Source: an uncultured delta proteobacterium
GTDB taxonomy: Bacteria; Myxococcota_A; Polyangia; Polyangiales; Polyangiaceae
Assembly: GCA_963716725.1 (NCBI GenBank)
Contig: CAVQUB010000001.1
Span: 32,001 to 96,000 of the forward strand
Reading direction: 5' to 3'
DNA length: 64,000 nt
Translations under genes and position numbers: made by a program
Shown here: positions 28,958-38,304 of the stretch, in pieces
How the letters are laid out: the number at the start of each line of letters is the position of its first letter
How positions within the stretch are numbered: position 1 is the first letter of the stretch
Notes under the pieces: model-generated
Databases searched by the model: none
Seen by the model: only the letters and a program-made list of their open reading frames with translations
What the model was told of the DNA's origin: nothing

Positions 28958-29523
28958 ATCGAGAAGCCTCCATGAGCGTGCTCTTCGTAGACGATGAGCC
29001 GATGCTACTTCGGAGCATCGCGCATTTGCTCGAGCAAGCACCCTTGGAAGTGCTGACTGCGGCCAGTGGCGCTGATGCGTTGCGAATCCTCGAGGAGCGT
29101 CCCGTGGACGTGCTCGTGGCCGATTTCGATATGCCCAAGATGAGCGGTCTCGAATTGCTTGCCATCGTTCGACAGCAGTATCCGAGCGTGCTCAGGATGG
29201 TGCTCACGGGCAATGCGACTCTCGAACGTGCGATGACCGCCATCAACGAGGGAGAAGTTCTGAGGCTCTTCAGCAAGCCTTTCGACGGCGAGACTTTCAG
29301 GCAGACGCTGGGAGCCTTTGCCGAGCGAATCGCGAGGCAGCGCCGAGAAGGGGCGGAGGCGACGCGGCAGGCGCGCCGTCGCGAGTTGCTCGAGTGGGCC
29401 GAGGCTCAGGTGCCGGGTCTCACCTGCGATCTTCCCGAACGTGGTGCAGAATTGCGCATCGACGTTGCCCGCTTGCGCGCCGGTCTGGCGCCGGCGCTCG
29501 CAGGACTTTTGGACGCGGAGTGA
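28954..29523 (+). CDS. Response regulator (receiver plus short C-terminal extension)
   Basis: FVDDE, ADFDMPKMSG, LTG, KPF; start overlaps the kinase stop. Confidence 0.9.
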   Translation: MNREASMSVLFVDDEPMLLRSIAHLLEQAPLEVLTAASGADALRILEERPVDVLVADFDMPKMSGLELLAIVRQQYPSVLRMVLTGNATLERAMTAINEGEVLRLFSKPFDGETFRQTLGAFAERIARQRREGAEATRQARRRELLEWAEAQVPGLTCDLPERGAELRIDVARLRAGLAPALAGLLDAE

Positions 29524-29559
29524 GCGCTCTCGATCGCTGACGACCCCAGAGCCAGAGCC

Positions 29560-29970
29560 ATGACGCCAACACCGGCCGCCAACTACGGGTTGGCGGGCGC
29601 GCCGGGCCACTCGACGTTTTGGCAGGATCTCGTCGGGCTCAGGTCGACCTCGACCATTGCGCCGGACCTTGCCCTGCCAGGTTGGGAAGCCGCGTTGCCC
29701 GCGTGGGGCGGCAGCGGACTGGCCAGCGGCTGCATCCCCGCCGAGTTCACGGACTGGTTCAGTCTGCTCCTGCGCGGCAAACGCTTCCCCCTCGAGCCGC
29801 TCGCTCGCGAGGTCTTCGGCGACATGGAGATCGGGAGTTGGCGTGACAGCACACTGTGCGCCGTCCTCGCCGCGCACAGCGCGCGCGCCCATCTGTTCGA
29901 GGTGGACGCGAGCGTCCTGCGCGCGCATTGCTTCTCGTCCCGCGCGCCCGCCGTGGCGCGGGTGGCGTGA
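29560..29970 (+). CDS. Hypothetical protein
   Basis: 136-aa ORF with protein-like composition between the regulator and a convergent gene; no motif recognised. Confidence 0.5.
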   Translation: MTPTPAANYGLAGAPGHSTFWQDLVGLRSTSTIAPDLALPGWEAALPAWGGSGLASGCIPAEFTDWFSLLLRGKRFPLEPLAREVFGDMEIGSWRDSTLCAVLAAHSARAHLFEVDASVLRAHCFSSRAPAVARVA

Positions 29971-29985
29971 GCGAAGGCCGCGCTC

Positions 29986-31290
29986 TCAGCCGAAGCGCCG
30001 ACGTCGAACGACCAGCGAGAGCGCACCAAGGGCGACCAGCCAGAGACCGCGCGACGCTGGCGCTTCGCCAGTGCGGCAGCCACAACCACCGTCATCGCCG
30101 CTGTCATCGGCCTTGCCTTTTCCGCCTCCCGCGTCGACGGGTCCGCCGCCGAGACCTGCGTCGGTCGCGCCGGTGCCGCCCGCGCCCCCGCCGCCCACCG
30201 CGCCTGCGCCCGCGCTGCCGGCCGCGCCCGCTGCGCCCGCTGCGCCCGCCGCTCCACCCGCTCCACCAGCGTCCGGACAGCCCGGCTCACAAGCGCCGAG
30301 CACGCCATTCTCGCACTTCTGGGTTCCGCTTCCGCACGAGGTCTGGCAGCTCACGCTGGTTGGTGCGTCACACCCGGACCAGCCCGCCGCGGTGCAGGTG
30401 CGCGAGCCGTCGATACCGCAGTCACCTTTGCACTTCTCGGTGACCACCGCTTGCACGATCGTCGCCAGCGCGTTGGTGAGCTCCTTGGGTGACGTCGCCT
30501 GCAGGTAGCAGCTTGGAGTCGTGGCGTTGGGATTGCAGCCCGTGAGCGCGGTGCCGCCAGCCACCGCCGCTTTGTTCAAGGTAGAGATGTCGGTCTCCTT
30601 GCCGAATCCGACCACGTAGGTCGGCACGCCGGCAGCCTTCAACGCCTCCACGCCCTTGGTCGGCCAGCTGCGCACGCAGTAACAGCCATCGGAGTTCTTG
30701 CCGCTGCATGCGGGGTCGCTGCTCGATGTTTGGCACGAGTTGCAGGTCGGGCACGGCGACACGCTCATGGCCGAGCAGTCCGCGGAAGTTGCGCACTGCG
30801 GGGCGCCGCTGCTCTGAGGGATGGAACAGTACTGCCAACCATCGGTCATGAAGATGACGTAGTTGGCGTTGGCGGGATTGGTGATGCCCGCGTACTGGGA
30901 CGCCGCGACCAAGCTCTGACCCGCTGGCGTCTGGTTGTTCGGCGGAATCGCCAGATTCGTGATGGTGGTCTGGATGGTCGCAGCGGTGCCCGGACCCACC
31001 GGCACGGTCACCGTCCCGGTCGAACACTGCCCGGCGGGCCCGGGGAAGGTCATCAAGCCGTACTGCGCGGCATCGGGGTAGGTCTTGAACACCTCGGCCG
31101 CGGCCGCCTGCAGCGCCTTCCACTTCGTCGTGGGCGTTCCCGCGTCGTCGATCTGAGCCAGCATCGACGTGGATGAATCGAGCACGAAGAGAATGCGCGG
31201 CGGGTTGCAGCTCTCGGCCCGGAGCTCTGCTGTCGTGCTGAGCACGGTGAATCCGAGGGCGGCCGCGGCGAAGGCTCGAAGGTAAATCAT
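29986..31290 (-). CDS. Secreted vWA-domain protein with MYXO-CTERM-type anchor
   Basis: Signal peptide, MIDAS LDSSTSM...TP...MTDG, Cys-rich segments, Gly/Ala linker, C-terminal GGCGC...hydrophobic...RRRR. Confidence 0.88.
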   Translation of the reverse strand: MIYLRAFAAAALGFTVLSTTAELRAESCNPPRILFVLDSSTSMLAQIDDAGTPTTKWKALQAAAAEVFKTYPDAAQYGLMTFPGPAGQCSTGTVTVPVGPGTAATIQTTITNLAIPPNNQTPAGQSLVAASQYAGITNPANANYVIFMTDGWQYCSIPQSSGAPQCATSADCSAMSVSPCPTCNSCQTSSSDPACSGKNSDGCYCVRSWPTKGVEALKAAGVPTYVVGFGKETDISTLNKAAVAGGTALTGCNPNATTPSCYLQATSPKELTNALATIVQAVVTEKCKGDCGIDGSRTCTAAGWSGCDAPTSVSCQTSCGSGTQKCENGVLGACEPGCPDAGGAGGAAGAAGAAGAAGSAGAGAVGGGGAGGTGATDAGLGGGPVDAGGGKGKADDSGDDGGCGCRTGEAPASRGLWLVALGALSLVVRRRRFG

Positions 31291-31361
31291 GGGGCGCATC
31301 TTAGCACCGGAGCGCCCGGATCCGGGCGCTGATCCGCGGCGACGAGGCGCGATGGGCAGTG

Positions 31362-32210
31362 TCAGCAATTCGGGCAGCTGCAGCTGACACCCTTTTGACC
31401 CGAGAAATCCGAGCAGGTCGCGTAGGGCGGAGTGCACACGCTGGGACCGGCGCAGGCGCAGGAGGCGTCGCTGCCGCAGACCTTGGGCACGTCGGCGCAA
31501 TGGTTCTGCACGCCCAGCTGCGTCACGACACTCGCGCAGAAGAGCGCGCCGGTACAGTCAGAGCATTTGGTAACGGTCTTGCACTCGTCCGCGGGAACGC
31601 AGCTGCCCTGCCAGCAGGTTCCGTCGGAGGTGATCAGCGGCACCTGCCCTGGATCGCAATTGGGCGTCGCCGCCTTGCAGGTCACCTTCGACGAATCGCA
31701 GGAGAAGCCCGTCACGCAACGCCCGGCCACACAAGAGGCCTTGGTCGGAGCGCCGAGCTCGCCGCACTTGTCTTGGGCGCAGACCGCCGGACACCCCGCC
31801 GGGTTCTCGGTGGTCGGGACGCCAATGCAGTTGCAGCAGTCCGCGAAGAGCTTGCAGTCGGAGTCCGCCTTGCACTCGGGCTGGCCGGGGCCTCCGCCGC
31901 CGGAGCCACCGGTCGCGCCGCCACTGCCGCCACTGCCGCCGCCCGTCCCTGCCATTCCGCCGGTCGCGCCGCCACTGCCACCGGTCGCGCCGCCGGAGCC
32001 GCCGGTGCTGCCGCCGGAGCCGCCGGTCGCGCCGCCGGAGCCGCCGGTCGCGCCGCCGGAGCCGCCGGTCGCGCCGCCGGAGCCGCCGGTCGCGCCGCCG
32101 CTGCCGCCGGTGCTGCCGCCGGACCCACCGCTGCCGCCACCTTCGTCGGACTCTCCGCCGCAACCGACCAAGACCAATGTCACCGCAAGCAAAGCCGTCG
32201 TCCTGAGCAT
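31362..32210 (-). CDS. Cys-rich lipoprotein with Gly/Ser/Thr linker
   Basis: GGAGG RBS, MLRTTALLAVTLVLVGC lipobox, (GGSGGAT)n linker, Cys-rich C-terminal domain. Confidence 0.85.
   Translation of the reverse strand: MLRTTALLAVTLVLVGCGGESDEGGGSGGSGGSTGGSGGATGGSGGATGGSGGATGGSGGATGGSGGSTGGSGGATGGSGGATGGMAGTGGGSGGSGGATGGSGGGGPGQPECKADSDCKLFADCCNCIGVPTTENPAGCPAVCAQDKCGELGAPTKASCVAGRCVTGFSCDSSKVTCKAATPNCDPGQVPLITSDGTCWQGSCVPADECKTVTKCSDCTGALFCASVVTQLGVQNHCADVPKVCGSDASCACAGPSVCTPPYATCSDFSGQKGVSCSCPNC
31890..32140 (-). repeat. 21-bp coding repeat (GGSGG[A/S]T)
   Basis: ccgccggagccgccggtcgcg repeated on the + strand; boundaries approximate. Confidence 0.85.
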
Positions 32211-32305
32211 CCAGACCTCCGTGCGTTCAGCATACCGCGCCGAGACTGAGGGGCCAGCCCCGTGGGTGGCGAGAGCCCAAACTCGGGCGGCAAGCGCTCC
32301 GCCGT

Positions 32306-32971
32306 TCAACGGGCACGCACGGCGTCGAGGACATGAGGCCACTTCTCGCCGGCCTCCTCGGGGGCGTGCGGCTCTCCGGGGCCGCTCGCCGAGAGCGATG
32401 CGCCGACGCGCTTCACGATCGCCCTGAAATCCCTGACGGGGTGGTCGGAGGGGAGCTTGCCGAGATTTGCCTCCCACACCCCCGCGGTGGCGAGCTGCTT
32501 TCCTCCCGTGCGATAGATGACCGTGACGCTCACCTCATCCGGGATCCCGTCGCGGACGGGAAGCGGCGGCCACGCCTCGGCCAGTCGATCGGCGATGCTC
32601 AGAAGCTCGGCCCGGGCGCTCGCGTCGAGTGTGGTTGTCCAGCGCAGCAGTCCGCGGCCGCGGTCGAGACGTTCGTAGAGCACACGGCCATCGCGCGCAA
32701 AGGCGAGTCTCTCGCCGTCACCATGAAACACGCTCATGTCCTGGAGCGCGATATCGGCCTCGGGTGACAGCGCGAAGGGCGCTCCGATTTGGGTCGGCGT
32801 GCTCGGCCTCTTCGGGGCTTCGTGCGGTCCGAGTCCGCCACGCGCCTGGCATGCGGAGACAGCGAGCACGATGCCGAACCATTGCGCTCGAGCGCTCCGC
32901 TTCGAGGCCAAGCGAGGCCGAGGCCTACGCGCGGGCGCCTCGTCGCGGTGCTGCTCCGCTGGATTCCGCAT
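32306..32971 (-). CDS. Hypothetical protein, possible lipoprotein
   Basis: Hydrophobic stretch ending VSAC followed by a globular-looking region; start uncertain. Confidence 0.55.
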   Translation of the reverse strand: MRNPAEQHRDEAPARRPRPRLASKRSARAQWFGIVLAVSACQARGGLGPHEAPKRPSTPTQIGAPFALSPEADIALQDMSVFHGDGERLAFARDGRVLYERLDRGRGLLRWTTTLDASARAELLSIADRLAEAWPPLPVRDGIPDEVSVTVIYRTGGKQLATAGVWEANLGKLPSDHPVRDFRAIVKRVGASLSASGPGEPHAPEEAGEKWPHVLDAVRAR

Positions 32972-33381
32972 CAAGCCTTCGACGTGTCTGAGCGGACCAA
33001 AGCGTCTCTGCTGAGCCCGGGGTGCGAGGCGGCATGGCGTTGCGTTCGCAGAGTCCAGAATTCCGTCCGCGGACGCTCCAAAACGTCGCATAGCGTGTGA
33101 TCCGTCGACTTCTTCCACTCGCCCAGCTTCGCCCAGCCGCTTTGGTTTGGCTAGCCTCCGGCGAGAAGCGCCGCGTCGACGACAACTGCGACGCCGACAG
33201 GCGCTGCAACTCGACGGGCATCGAACGCCGCCCAGGCATGCGTTTGCCTGCCCCGAGCGTCCGCTGCGGCTACGGCACTGGCACATCGCCTAAGGTGAAT
33301 TCCACGCCAAAGCGTCGTCCTCGATACGGACGGCGCAGCCCACGTTTTGCGGCTTTTTCTACCGATGGGTCGCCGTCGTGA

Positions 33382-35718
33382 TCACCGCGCGCTGGTGCTT
33401 CCCGGACGCGCGATCGAGCCGATGAGGCCGGTCGTCAGAAGCTCGTCCTCGCAGAGCTCGAGCGGGTGTACGACGGCTCCGACGAGACAACCGAGGGCGT
33501 CGCGGGCCGTCGGATCGAGGAGCTCGACGTTGCCGTTCGGAGCGCGGGCGATCAGCGCGCCGCTGGGGGTCATGGCCTCCAGAGTCACGTACCGATCTCG
33601 ATCTCGCTCGTCCAGCACGGTGAAGCTGCTGCCGGTCCGGGTCAACACCAGTCCGAGGTCGTTTGCCTGCACCTCTTCTGCGCCGACCTGGAGGTGGTGT
33701 ACCTGCTTGTCGGGTTCGATGAAGCGCAAGAGACCACCCGCGGCGACGGCGAGCGCGTGGGAAGGCAACACCGCGAGCCCAGCCGGCTCGCCGTACCAGA
33801 CCAGGCGCGGCGGGTGACGCCCGGCGACGTCGTACTCGCGGAGCGCGCGGAACCCTCCGACGAAGACGCGGCGCGAATCACGCGAGAACGCGAGGTGCAC
33901 GTCCCCGCCCGCCTGCTCGAGCTTGGCCGCACCGCCTCGAGGCTCGCCACTGCGGGCGTCGGCCAGCCGAAATCCCTTTCCTTCGAGCCCGTGAGCCACC
34001 AAGTTCGAGTCCCGACTGAACGCCAGCCCCTGCCCACCCTCGAGCCTCGCGATCAGCCTGCCGGTCGTTGCTTCGATCAGGTGCGCGGCTTCTCCTGTGA
34101 ACGCGGCCAGCGCCGCTCCGTCGGGTCGAAAGCGAACGGCGACCTCCTCATTCGGGTCGCTCGTGTCCGGCTTCGAGATCGCGTACAGCAGGCGACCGTC
34201 GCGCGCGTCGCGTAGCTCTGCTCCATCCCTCCCACCCAGCGCGATCCGGCTGCCGTCGACAGAGAGCGCGACACTGGTCGCTCGGCCGACGCGCGTGTCG
34301 AGCAGCGACTTCGAGTTCTCGAGATCCAGCACTCGCAACCGCGCGCCGTGTTCATCGCCGTGCAGCACCGCCGCGCGGGGAGAGCCGGCGGCGAGCGCGC
34401 CAGCGGCGACCGAGGGCAGCCTGCGCTCGAGTACGCGTCGCTCGCGACCCATCGAGTCGACGAGCAGGAGCGCGCCGTCTCGTCGACACAGCACCTGGCC
34501 GCTGGCGGAATGAAGAGCGATCTTCTCGCACCGGATCTCGAGCACCCGTGCTTTGCGCGTTCGGAGATCCCACACCTCGAGCCCTTGGCGGTCGGTCCGA
34601 ATGAGAGCCGGCGGAGTCGTGTGCGTGAAGAGGAACTCGCCTGTGGCGGCGGCCAGCGTGATGGTCTTCCCGGTACGAGTGTCGTGCACCCGTAGCCAAG
34701 GCTCGACCTCGGTGTACGGCCCCGCCCGAACAATCATCACGTTCATGGCAACGAGCGTTCCGTCGGGACTGAGCGCCAGCCCCCTCTCGGACAAGTCGCC
34801 GCCGGGATCGATGAAGGCGATGGGCTTCTGTTGATCCAGGTCGTGGACGGTGATCACCCGGGCCCAGCCCCGGTACGCGATCCGCCGCCCGTCGCTGGTG
34901 AAGGCGATCTCGTGCCTCCCCTTGAGCTCCAACAGGCGGCGACCACTGGGCAAGTCCCAGACCACGAGGGCGTCTCCGGAGACGACCAATCGTTCTCCTT
35001 TCACGTCGGCTGTCAAGGTGCCGGGAAGCGTGTCGACTCCGACGAGGGTCCGCTCGGTCGCACCGGTCCGGAGGTCGATGAGCGCGACGGACCCGGCGGC
35101 GCCAGCTGTTGCGATCGATCGTCCTCCTCGGACGAGCACGGCGCCGAACGAGCCGAGCGACGGAACGCGGGCGCGCAGCTGACCGGTGCCGGTGTCGAGC
35201 ACGTCCGTCTCGTACTGCATCCGAGGGGTTGCCAAGAGAAAGGCACCGTCTGGACTGAGCGCGAGCTCGCCGTGGCTCACGTCGGGCGGGACCAGGATGC
35301 GAACCTTCTCGCCCGTCGTCCGCTCCAGTGCGCTGAGTGCCCGGTCCAGCAGTCGCTGGCCTTCGATCCGCCGCCCCGCCTTCTTCTCGGACACGCCGCT
35401 GGCCAGAAGAGCGAGCGGGTCCGGGGTCGGCCGCGAGAGCTCGCTTTCGGCCTCCTTCAGCGCAGCGCTCGCCGGGCCCACTCGATCGGGGCAGAGCGTG
35501 CGCGCGCGCGCAAACGCCCGTGACGCCTGGCGCAAGCGACCCTCGGCGACGAGCGCGTCGGCGCGCGCTACCAGGTCGCGCGCGACCGCGCACGCCGGGT
35601 TCACTCGCGCCGACCCCGACGGCGGGGCCGCAGGTCGGGGGGCCTCCTGCACTGGTCCTGCCGTGGCGCAGGCCACGGCCAAAGCGCCAAAGAAAGTGAC
35701 GCCGCGCACCGAGCTCAT
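33382..35718 (-). CDS. Lipoprotein with TPR-like and WD40/beta-propeller repeats
   Basis: LAVAC lipobox; repeated ALSPDG, AFTSDG, FRPDG, AFSRD and VWDL motifs; ATGA overlap with the upstream paralog. Confidence 0.85.
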   Translation of the reverse strand: MSSVRGVTFFGALAVACATAGPVQEAPRPAAPPSGSARVNPACAVARDLVARADALVAEGRLRQASRAFARARTLCPDRVGPASAALKEAESELSRPTPDPLALLASGVSEKKAGRRIEGQRLLDRALSALERTTGEKVRILVPPDVSHGELALSPDGAFLLATPRMQYETDVLDTGTGQLRARVPSLGSFGAVLVRGGRSIATAGAAGSVALIDLRTGATERTLVGVDTLPGTLTADVKGERLVVSGDALVVWDLPSGRRLLELKGRHEIAFTSDGRRIAYRGWARVITVHDLDQQKPIAFIDPGGDLSERGLALSPDGTLVAMNVMIVRAGPYTEVEPWLRVHDTRTGKTITLAAATGEFLFTHTTPPALIRTDRQGLEVWDLRTRKARVLEIRCEKIALHSASGQVLCRRDGALLLVDSMGRERRVLERRLPSVAAGALAAGSPRAAVLHGDEHGARLRVLDLENSKSLLDTRVGRATSVALSVDGSRIALGGRDGAELRDARDGRLLYAISKPDTSDPNEEVAVRFRPDGAALAAFTGEAAHLIEATTGRLIARLEGGQGLAFSRDSNLVAHGLEGKGFRLADARSGEPRGGAAKLEQAGGDVHLAFSRDSRRVFVGGFRALREYDVAGRHPPRLVWYGEPAGLAVLPSHALAVAAGGLLRFIEPDKQVHHLQVGAEEVQANDLGLVLTRTGSSFTVLDERDRDRYVTLEAMTPSGALIARAPNGNVELLDPTARDALGCLVGAVVHPLELCEDELLTTGLIGSIARPGSTSAR

Positions 35719-38159
35719 GGCTGCGCTGCCGGTCGGATCGCAGCCGAGATGAGCTGCGGGTCGTGGGCGCACGCCTCCACGGGCAGCACGAAAGGCCCGA
35801 TCCGGCACACGGCGCAGGCGGGGACTCCGCTGCCCACCACTTGCACGCGTCCGTCGGGGGAAACGGCGCAGAGCGCGTCGCCATTCTGCGTGACCGAGAG
35901 CTCGGCGATGAGCTGCCGTTCCCGGGTGCGCCAGACCCAGACGTGTCCCTTTGCCGTCGCGTAGACCAAGGAACCATCCGAGCTGAACGCGAGGTTGGTG
36001 GCGCCGGCCGGAGCGCCATCGAGCGCGCCGACTAGCCGCATCTCCAGCGAGTCCCACAGCGTGATCCGATCCCACTCCTCGGCCAGCGCGATGAATCTGC
36101 CGTCCAGGCTCGTGGACATGCCCGTCGGACCGTGTATTGCCGGTAGGCCGCGGAGATGCCGGGGCTGCGCCGCCGGGTCCGGAGACCAAATCAGGAACCC
36201 CGAACTCGCGCCGGGGAGCCTCGTAGCCACGATGTCCCCCGTGCGACTGAGGGCGCTCGAGCCGAAACTGAAGGTCGCGAAGCCGAGCGTGTGCTCTGTA
36301 CGCCCCGAACCTAGATCGACGATCTGCCAGCGCTTCCCTTCTCCGTCAGCGACCGAGAGGTAGGCGAGGCGTTTGCCGTCGGCGCTGACCGCGGGCAAGG
36401 TCAGGCCCGCGGTGGTCCAGCGCCGAATCTCGGCTCCCGTGGTGGCATTTCTCACCACCAGCTCGGCCTCGGGGGTCGCGTGCCCGCGCCTGGATCCGGC
36501 CTGGGAGATCACCTGCGTCCCGGACGCCCCGAAGGCGACGAAATCCACCGAGGCGGTGTGCTTTCCCAGCGTTCGGCGGCTCCCCGGCTCGGCGAGCGAA
36601 CCCGTGCGGAGGGATCCGTCTTCGAGCCCCACCACCCACCGCGAACCGTGCGTGTCGAGCGCAGTCACTCGTTCTCCCAGAGCCGCGAGGCGCCGGACTC
36701 GTGCGGCCTCCGGTTGCCACTCGATCAGCTCCCCGCTCGTGGTGCCGAAGAACATCGCGCGGCCTTGGTCCGAGACATCAACCACCGAAATCGAAGCGCT
36801 GAGGGCCGGGCGCCGAGTGGTCTTCCCCGCGCATTGCACCGCGCCGAAAGCGTCCATGTACCAGAGCGATCCGTCCCTTCCGAATTGCACGCTCTTGCCG
36901 CGCGCTGGCCGCGGGCCCACGGCTTTCGGCGAGGAATTGTCCAAATCCCAGAGCAAAACTCTCTCCGCAGCGATCGCGACCCGTTTGGCATCCGAGTCGA
37001 AGGAAAGTGCCGTCGCGGGATGGCCCAGTGAAAGCGAGTGCTTGGGCTGGCGCGAACGCGGCGCGGAGACCACCACGGCGGCCGTCTCGGAGAGCGCACG
37101 CGCCGCGAGGCTACAGTTCGAGGCGATGGCAAAAACGTCCGCGAGGTCCGTGGGAGCCGTCGTCGCATCGACGCGGTCGCCGGCCGGCCAGATCCGCGAG
37201 AATCCGTCGGTTTCCCAGACTCGCTCCCCGGACGCGAGGCAGCCGCTGCCTCGACTGAACTCGAGACCCGCTGCCTCGCCGGGGAGCTTCTGAAGCCGCC
37301 CGTCCGCCACGCTGATCACTGCCGCGAAATCTCGCTCTAGCGACGCGATGTGAGCACCGTCGTCGCTCCACACCAGCCCGGGATTCCAATCGTACTCGCT
37401 GGGATGGGCGAACGGGTTGGTTTGCCCCGGGGGAAGTCCGCTCGGGTACTGGCCCACGCTGCGCCCGCTCTCCACGTCCCACACGTAGAGCATCAGGTCG
37501 GCGGCCTTGGTCACGAGGCGACGCCCATCCGGCGAGAGCGCGGCGGCGATCCCGGGCACCGCGAGGTGCGGCGAGGAGGTCTGACGATCGAGGACGACCA
37601 CTTCCTCGAAGGCCTGCGCGGCGATTCGAGTCAGATCGGCGGACCACGAGAGCGTGGAGCTCCAGGGCCCGGGCGCCGAAGCCGCGCGGGCGCGCTTGCC
37701 GGTGTGCCGCTCGAGCTCGCCGAGCCCTCGCTTGATGAGCGCGTCGGCCTCCGCCGCGCGACCGAGCCTGCGCGCCACGACCCCAGCCCAGACGCGCGCG
37801 CGCGCGTCGTCAGGCCAGAGCGCCAGCGCCTCGCGGAACTCGCGCCGCGCCGGCTCGAGCGCGCCTTGGCCGAGATGTTCGAGCCCTGCCTCGTAGCGCG
37901 CCCGCGCCGCCTCGCGATTGGGCTCGCTGACCGACGCTGTTCGGGAGCCGCTCCGCGTGGGCGTGGAAGTGGGAGGCCAGTCCTTCGCGCAGGCCGAGGT
38001 TGCGGCGGCGAGGGCCATGAGGCAGCTCGCCCCGAGGGAGACTCGGACCCAGGAGCGCGGCACGCCCGACGGGCGCCGCGCGGAGCTCGCGCGAGCGGGA
38101 CGTCGCCCAGTCTTGCTGACGGCCAGGTTGGTCCTCTCCACTTCGCCCCGCCCTCGCAT
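35715..38159 (-). CDS. TPR plus WD40 repeat protein, possible lipoprotein
   Basis: TPR-like helix pair, then ALSPDG, VWD, AFSSDG repeats; start uncertain (38159 or 38018). Confidence 0.83.
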   Translation of the reverse strand: MRGRGEVERTNLAVSKTGRRPARASSARRPSGVPRSWVRVSLGASCLMALAAATSACAKDWPPTSTPTRSGSRTASVSEPNREAARARYEAGLEHLGQGALEPARREFREALALWPDDARARVWAGVVARRLGRAAEADALIKRGLGELERHTGKRARAASAPGPWSSTLSWSADLTRIAAQAFEEVVVLDRQTSSPHLAVPGIAAALSPDGRRLVTKAADLMLYVWDVESGRSVGQYPSGLPPGQTNPFAHPSEYDWNPGLVWSDDGAHIASLERDFAAVISVADGRLQKLPGEAAGLEFSRGSGCLASGERVWETDGFSRIWPAGDRVDATTAPTDLADVFAIASNCSLAARALSETAAVVVSAPRSRQPKHSLSLGHPATALSFDSDAKRVAIAAERVLLWDLDNSSPKAVGPRPARGKSVQFGRDGSLWYMDAFGAVQCAGKTTRRPALSASISVVDVSDQGRAMFFGTTSGELIEWQPEAARVRRLAALGERVTALDTHGSRWVVGLEDGSLRTGSLAEPGSRRTLGKHTASVDFVAFGASGTQVISQAGSRRGHATPEAELVVRNATTGAEIRRWTTAGLTLPAVSADGKRLAYLSVADGEGKRWQIVDLGSGRTEHTLGFATFSFGSSALSRTGDIVATRLPGASSGFLIWSPDPAAQPRHLRGLPAIHGPTGMSTSLDGRFIALAEEWDRITLWDSLEMRLVGALDGAPAGATNLAFSSDGSLVYATAKGHVWVWRTRERQLIAELSVTQNGDALCAVSPDGRVQVVGSGVPACAVCRIGPFVLPVEACAHDPQLISAAIRPAAQP

Positions 38160-38304
38160 CCTGCCCAGAACGGGGGTTCTGGGCAACCACCGATGGCCGT
38201 AGCTGACGAATCCCAAGTTCGCTCTCGTCGTGACCTGGGCTCGACCACGAGTCGCGGCGCCACCCTCGACCCGAACACCGCTGGGGCGAGCGCGTCGGAA
38301 AGAA

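Noticed and set aside
33097..33381. Short ORF with DDNCDADRRCNSTG
   Set aside because: Possibly a relic of a Cys-motif protein, but too short and lacking a credible start.
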